Source: Sarea resinae
Lineage: Eukaryota
Direction: 5' to 3'
Assembly (NCBI GenBank): GCA_026026165.1
Contig: JAPEUD010000027.1
Coordinates: 248,001 to 270,143 of the forward strand
Length of the DNA stretch: 22,143 nt
Below, in pieces: positions 18,549-22,143 of this stretch. The notes under the pieces were generated by a model. The model had not been told where the DNA came from. It did no database searches and saw only the letters and a list, made by a program, of their open reading frames with translations. Made by a program: the position numbers and the translations under genes. Within the stretch, counting starts at the first letter, position 1. Every line of letters begins with the position of its first letter.

Positions 18549-20231
18549 TCAAATATGTTCATCGCCGCCCTCATACTCCTCCCCTTCCTCTTCCTCCTGC
18601 AGCACCCTCCCACCCCTCCCCCCATTTGCCGCCGTGCCAGCAGCTCCAGCAGCAGCGACGGCACCAAACCTCTCCTCCAACACCCTCCAGCGGCTCAGAA
18701 ACGGGTCCTGGTCGAGGTACGCGCCCTTGAGCCAGCGCTCGCCGGACGCGACGTCAAAGGCGCGGCGCGCATGCAGCACGCGCCGGTTGTCGAAGACGAC
18801 GCACTGGCCCTCCTCGAGGCGCAGCTCGAAGACGGCGTCAGGGGATGCGGCCAGCGACTGGAAGTCGCGGATCGCGCGCAGGTAGCCTCGCAGCGCGTAG
18901 CCGTTGTCGGCGGTGCCGATGTCGGCCTCGAACGGGGCCTGGAACGGCGGCGAGTAGTTGACGTGCGAGATGCGGCGGGCTGCGGATGATGACGACGACG
19001 GGGAGGAGGAGGCGGAACCAGACGAGGACGGGGACGCCGCCGACGCCGGGTACGGGTCCAGTTCGATGGTCGGCCGCGTGAAGTGGTAGTGCTGGTTGTC
19101 GTTCCGGTAGTGGTACGTGACGGGGAAGGTCTCGAGACAGCGGAAGGCGTGCGGGTTCCCCAGGCGCAGCGCGTGGGCGGCGCGGAACGAGTCGGCGAAG
19201 AGGGATTGCCCGCCCGTGCAGGAGGAGCGCAGCGAGTGCAGGAATTGCAGTCGGGGTGGCGCTTGCATGTAGAGCAGGTCCATGTGCAGGCCGAGGTACT
19301 GGTGCGTGTAGGCGACGTTTTTCGCCGCGGCCACCGACTTGACGTCCCAGGTGCGGCCGTAGAAGGTGTCTCGGATCGGCCCGATGCGCGTGGCGATGTT
19401 CTCGACGGCCGAGGGCGACGAGGGCACGTTGGAGAGGAAGAGGAGGCCGTAGGTGGTTAGGGCCCGTAAGGCCGCGTGCAGGGTCTCGTCGGATTCGAGG
19501 TAGGACGAGTAGTCGAGCCATGTGGCGTCCGCGGCCATGATCTCTGCATCCCAGAGGACGCGGCGTGGGTTGTTGTAGCGGGCCCGAACACGGTTGCGGG
19601 CCGAAACATTGGCGCGCAGAAATTCAGGCGTCAGCGTCGTGATGTGTGGTGCTTCGTCGTTCGGGGGGGGAGGAGAAGAAGAGAAGCCGGGGATGTCGTT
19701 TGCCCAGTGGATCTGAATGGAACCGTCGGTCGGGGACTGGATGGCTTGTCTGGCGGTGATCTCTTGCGGGATGTCGGCTGTGTTGAAGGACTTTTGGCGG
19801 GTGGAGGGGTCGACGCAGCGGGGACAGGTGCAGGCATCGCGGAGGAAGATGTAGTCGTAGGTGGTGAAGTGGCCGTCTACGGAGACGGAGAGACGTTTGG
19901 CTTTGGCTTTGGGAGAGCCCTTGAGGTCGTTGAGGCGGATTGACGAGTACTTGGTGCGCGGTGAGGGGATGTGGGAGGATGTCAGTGGTGATTTGACTGA
20001 TGGACCCCCTCCTCCTCCTCCTCCTCCTCCTCCTCTTCCACTCTGGGCTTCGGCTTCGGCTTCTTGTTGTTGTTGTTGTTGTTGTTGATGCCGGAGTAGA
20101 CGGGTCGCGTGAGAGATTGGTCGCCATTGGCAGGCGCCCTGACGATGTTTCGTGCCATTCTTCACCCCAAAGATGCTGCTGTTCCTCGAGACGGCCCCAA
20201 GCCGTGCTAGACAAGGCCGTTTAGCTGCCAT
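18549..20231 (-). CDS. Mitochondrial Fe(II)/2-oxoglutarate dioxygenase, gamma-butyrobetaine hydroxylase family (Aim17/Fmp12-like), 560 aa
   Basis: Arg-rich presequence. GBBH N-terminal Zn motif FLRDACTCPRC. TauD domain with TFYGRTWDV, NVAYT, LHMDLLY (HxD), FDNRRVLHARRAF and RWLKGAYLD. Confidence 0.9.
   Translation of the reverse strand: MAAKRPCLARLGAVSRNSSIFGVKNGTKHRQGACQWRPISHATRLLRHQQQQQQQQEAEAEAQSGRGGGGGGGGGGPSVKSPLTSSHIPSPRTKYSSIRLNDLKGSPKAKAKRLSVSVDGHFTTYDYIFLRDACTCPRCVDPSTRQKSFNTADIPQEITARQAIQSPTDGSIQIHWANDIPGFSSSPPPPNDEAPHITTLTPEFLRANVSARNRVRARYNNPRRVLWDAEIMAADATWLDYSSYLESDETLHAALRALTTYGLLFLSNVPSSPSAVENIATRIGPIRDTFYGRTWDVKSVAAAKNVAYTHQYLGLHMDLLYMQAPPRLQFLHSLRSSCTGGQSLFADSFRAAHALRLGNPHAFRCLETFPVTYHYRNDNQHYHFTRPTIELDPYPASAASPSSSGSASSSPSSSSSAARRISHVNYSPPFQAPFEADIGTADNGYALRGYLRAIRDFQSLAASPDAVFELRLEEGQCVVFDNRRVLHARRAFDVASGERWLKGAYLDQDPFLSRWRVLEERFGAVAAAGAAGTAANGGRGGRVLQEEEEGEEYEGGDEHI
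20004..20087 (-). repeat. Coding compound microsatellite (CAA)8-(GAAGCC)3-(GGA)8, encoding Q8-EAEAEA...G10
   Basis: Plus strand shows (TCC)8 at 20010-20033, (GGCTTC)3 and (TTG)8 at 20064-20087, inside the dioxygenase N-terminus. Confidence 0.92.
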
Positions 20232-20577
20232 TGTGATGGTGGTGCGCAGATTGAAGCCGCCGGGGAGGAGGAGGGGGGGGAGGGGGGTGGAAGACGTCCG
20301 GTCCGATCATCTTTATGCCCGCAGCCGCTACAGCTAAACCCTGAGCTAAGCGGCAGTCCTACCGAGGCTACTCAGCTCATAGCACTTGGCTCCCGCGCGA
20401 CATGGCGAAGGGCGAAGATCTTCCCCAGACCATCCAAAAGCCTTCCCCACAGTACACCCACAAACCATCAACAGCTGAGTCCAACCGCCCACCACGCCCA
20501 CGCTCACAGCTACCCCTCCCTCCTCCGCCCGTCCGAGCGAGAGAGACAGACACGCAGGTGAAGGGGCAGCTTGACGC

Positions 20578-21729
20578 ATGCCTGCTTCTCACAGCAGCAG
20601 CGGCGAGTATCTCAAAAATGAGGCAAGTCCGCCCTCCCTTGGTTGGCACTGTGCGCGCGCGCGTGCTCCCTAGACCGCGTCCTTCTCGACAAAACATCGC
20701 AACTAACGACGCGTGCGGGAAACTGCAGGGCTCAAGGACACAGGTAGTCACGGCGGGGGCTATAGCAGGACTGATCTCCAGGTATGATTCCTTCAATCAA
20801 GTGTCGATCACTTCCACTCTCTAACATCATCCACCTCCAGATTCTGCATAGCTCCCCTCGACGTACTCAAGATCCGGCTCCAGCTCCAAATCCACTCCCT
20901 CCGCTCCCCGCACTCTCCCCACCGCCGCATCCACCTCTCGACCCTCTCGACCCTCCGCACGATCCTGCGCGAAGAGGGCATCCGCGGTCTCTGGAAAGGC
21001 AACGTGCCAGCCGAGTTGCTGTACCTGACCTACGGCGGTCTCCAATTCACCTCCTACCGCAGCGTCTCGCAGCTGCTCTCGCACGTACCAGCGCCCTACA
21101 CGCTGCCGCGGCCAGCCGAGTCATTCATCAGCGGCGCCCTCGCTGGCGCCCTCGCAACCACAGCGACGTACCCGCTGGACCTGCTCCGCACGCGGTTCGC
21201 CGCCCAAGGCACCGGCACCCACAAAGTGTACCTGTCGCTCAGCAGCGGGATCCGCTCGATCGCGCGCACCGAGGGCCCGCGCGGCTTCTTCCAGGGCCTC
21301 GGCGCCGGCGTCGTCGGCATCGTGCCATACATGGGCCTCTTCTTCAGCACGTACGAGATGGTGCGGCAGCCACTCTCATCCCTCTCACTGCCCTTCAGCT
21401 CCTCGGACGCCCTCTCCGGCATCCTGGCCTCCGTCTTCGCCAAGACGGGCGTCTACCCGCTCGACACCATTCGCAAGCGCCTGCAGGTGCAAGGGCCCGC
21501 GCGCGCCAAGTTCGGCCGCGGCGATCTGCCCCTGTACAAAGGCATCGCCGGCACCGCCGCCACCATCTGGCGCGCCGAGGGCGTGCGCGGCTTATATCGC
21601 GGGCTAGGCGTTAGCCTGGTCAAGGCGGCGCCGACGTCGGCCATTACCATGTGGACTTATGAAAGGGTCTTGGGCATCTTGGTGGAGATGGAGAGGAAGG
21701 CTTCGAAGAGGGAGGAGGCTGCGGGTTGA
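20578..21729 (+). CDS. TPC1: Mitochondrial thiamine pyrophosphate carrier, 3 exons, ~328 aa
   Basis: Exons 20578-20622, 20729-20781 and 20841-21729 give [49 protein letters not shown]. Three carrier signatures ([29 protein letters not shown]) and [11 protein letters not shown]. Exon 1 depends on a GC donor, and alternative N-termini are possible. Confidence 0.9.
20623..20728 (+). other. GC-AG intron (TPC1 intron 1, 106 nt)
   Basis: AATGAG|GCAAGT ... ACTAAC (20702-20707) ... TGCAG|GGC. The donor is otherwise perfect consensus. The resulting GEYLKNE-G resembles the GEHLKDEG-type N-terminus I recall for filamentous-fungal Tpc1. Confidence 0.78.
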
Positions 21730-21895
21730 TGGTTGGGCCGGGTCAGCTCGTTGCTTTTGCTTTGCTTTGCTTACTATAGTGTCTTTCTGTACGATTGGGG
21801 CTGGCGGGACTATATCATATCTTAGATAGACGGACGGATGGCCAGAAGCGCATGTTTTCCTTTTTTTCTTGCCGCGCGGCCAAGGAGTTTGTCTG

Positions 21896-21936
21896 TTCAT
21901 TCATTCATTCATTCGTTCGTTCATTTGTTTGTTTGT
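21896..21936. repeat. Compound tetranucleotide repeat (TTCA)n/(TTCG)n/(TTTG)n
   Basis: ttcattcattcattcattcgttcgttcatttgtttgtttgt, 3' of TPC1. Confidence 0.8.
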
Positions 21937-22075
21937 CTATTTTCCGGTTTGTTCATGATATGAGGGAAGGACCACGCACCACACACGCACGCACGCACGG
22001 GCAGGGCGGCACCAGAATCGAATTATTCATTATAGTCATAATACCCCAGAAGAGCATGACTCTATTGCTTATTTT

Positions 22076-22079
<4 letters not shown>

Positions 22080-22143
<64 letters not shown>
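22080..22143. repeat. Perfect (CT)n microsatellite, >=32 units, running off the window end
   Basis: Uninterrupted ctctct to the last base; it may mark a contig end. Confidence 0.98.

Noticed and set aside
20402..20840. TPP riboswitch in the TPC1 leader or introns
   Set aside because: No CUGAGA or CUGAU...AGCG.AGGGA aptamer core is present.
794..21729. Stop-codon readthrough (TGA-CTA) or cryptic PTS1 extensions
   Set aside because: None of the 11 stop codons has the readthrough context.
794..21729. Secondary-metabolite cluster, CRISPR array or mobile element
   Set aside because: No backbone synthase, repeat-spacer array, transposase or terminal repeats. The genes belong to housekeeping families.

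Overview
Gene-dense eukaryotic DNA from a filamentous ascomycete (Pezizomycotina-type genes, short spliceosomal introns with CTRAY branch points). It holds 11 housekeeping genes, reconstructed by hand across 13 introns: aspartate kinase (HOM3, -), ATP11 (-), a mitochondrial PPR protein (+), glutathione synthetase (GSH2, -), tRNA 2'-phosphotransferase (TPT1, +), Golgi SNARE GOS1 (+), ATP10 (-), a stand-alone DRAP/cytidine-type deaminase (-), IPK1 (+), a mitochondrial GBBH/Aim17-like 2-oxoglutarate dioxygenase (-) and the mitochondrial thiamine-PP carrier TPC1 (+). Eight of the genes form four head-to-head pairs. No rRNA, tRNA, CRISPR array or intact mobile element is seen. The main points for follow-up: (1) two GC-AG introns, one in a TPC1 5' region where donor choice or intron retention decides which ATG is in frame; (2) an unexplained ~117-nt multi-branch fold between IPK1 and the dioxygenase; (3) co-location of ATP11, the PPR gene and ATP10, each with a Puf-like 3'UTR motif; (4) matching GATA arrays at the same distance upstream of ATP11 and TPT1. 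All functional interpretations of non-coding features are unverified inference, and no clearly novel system is established.
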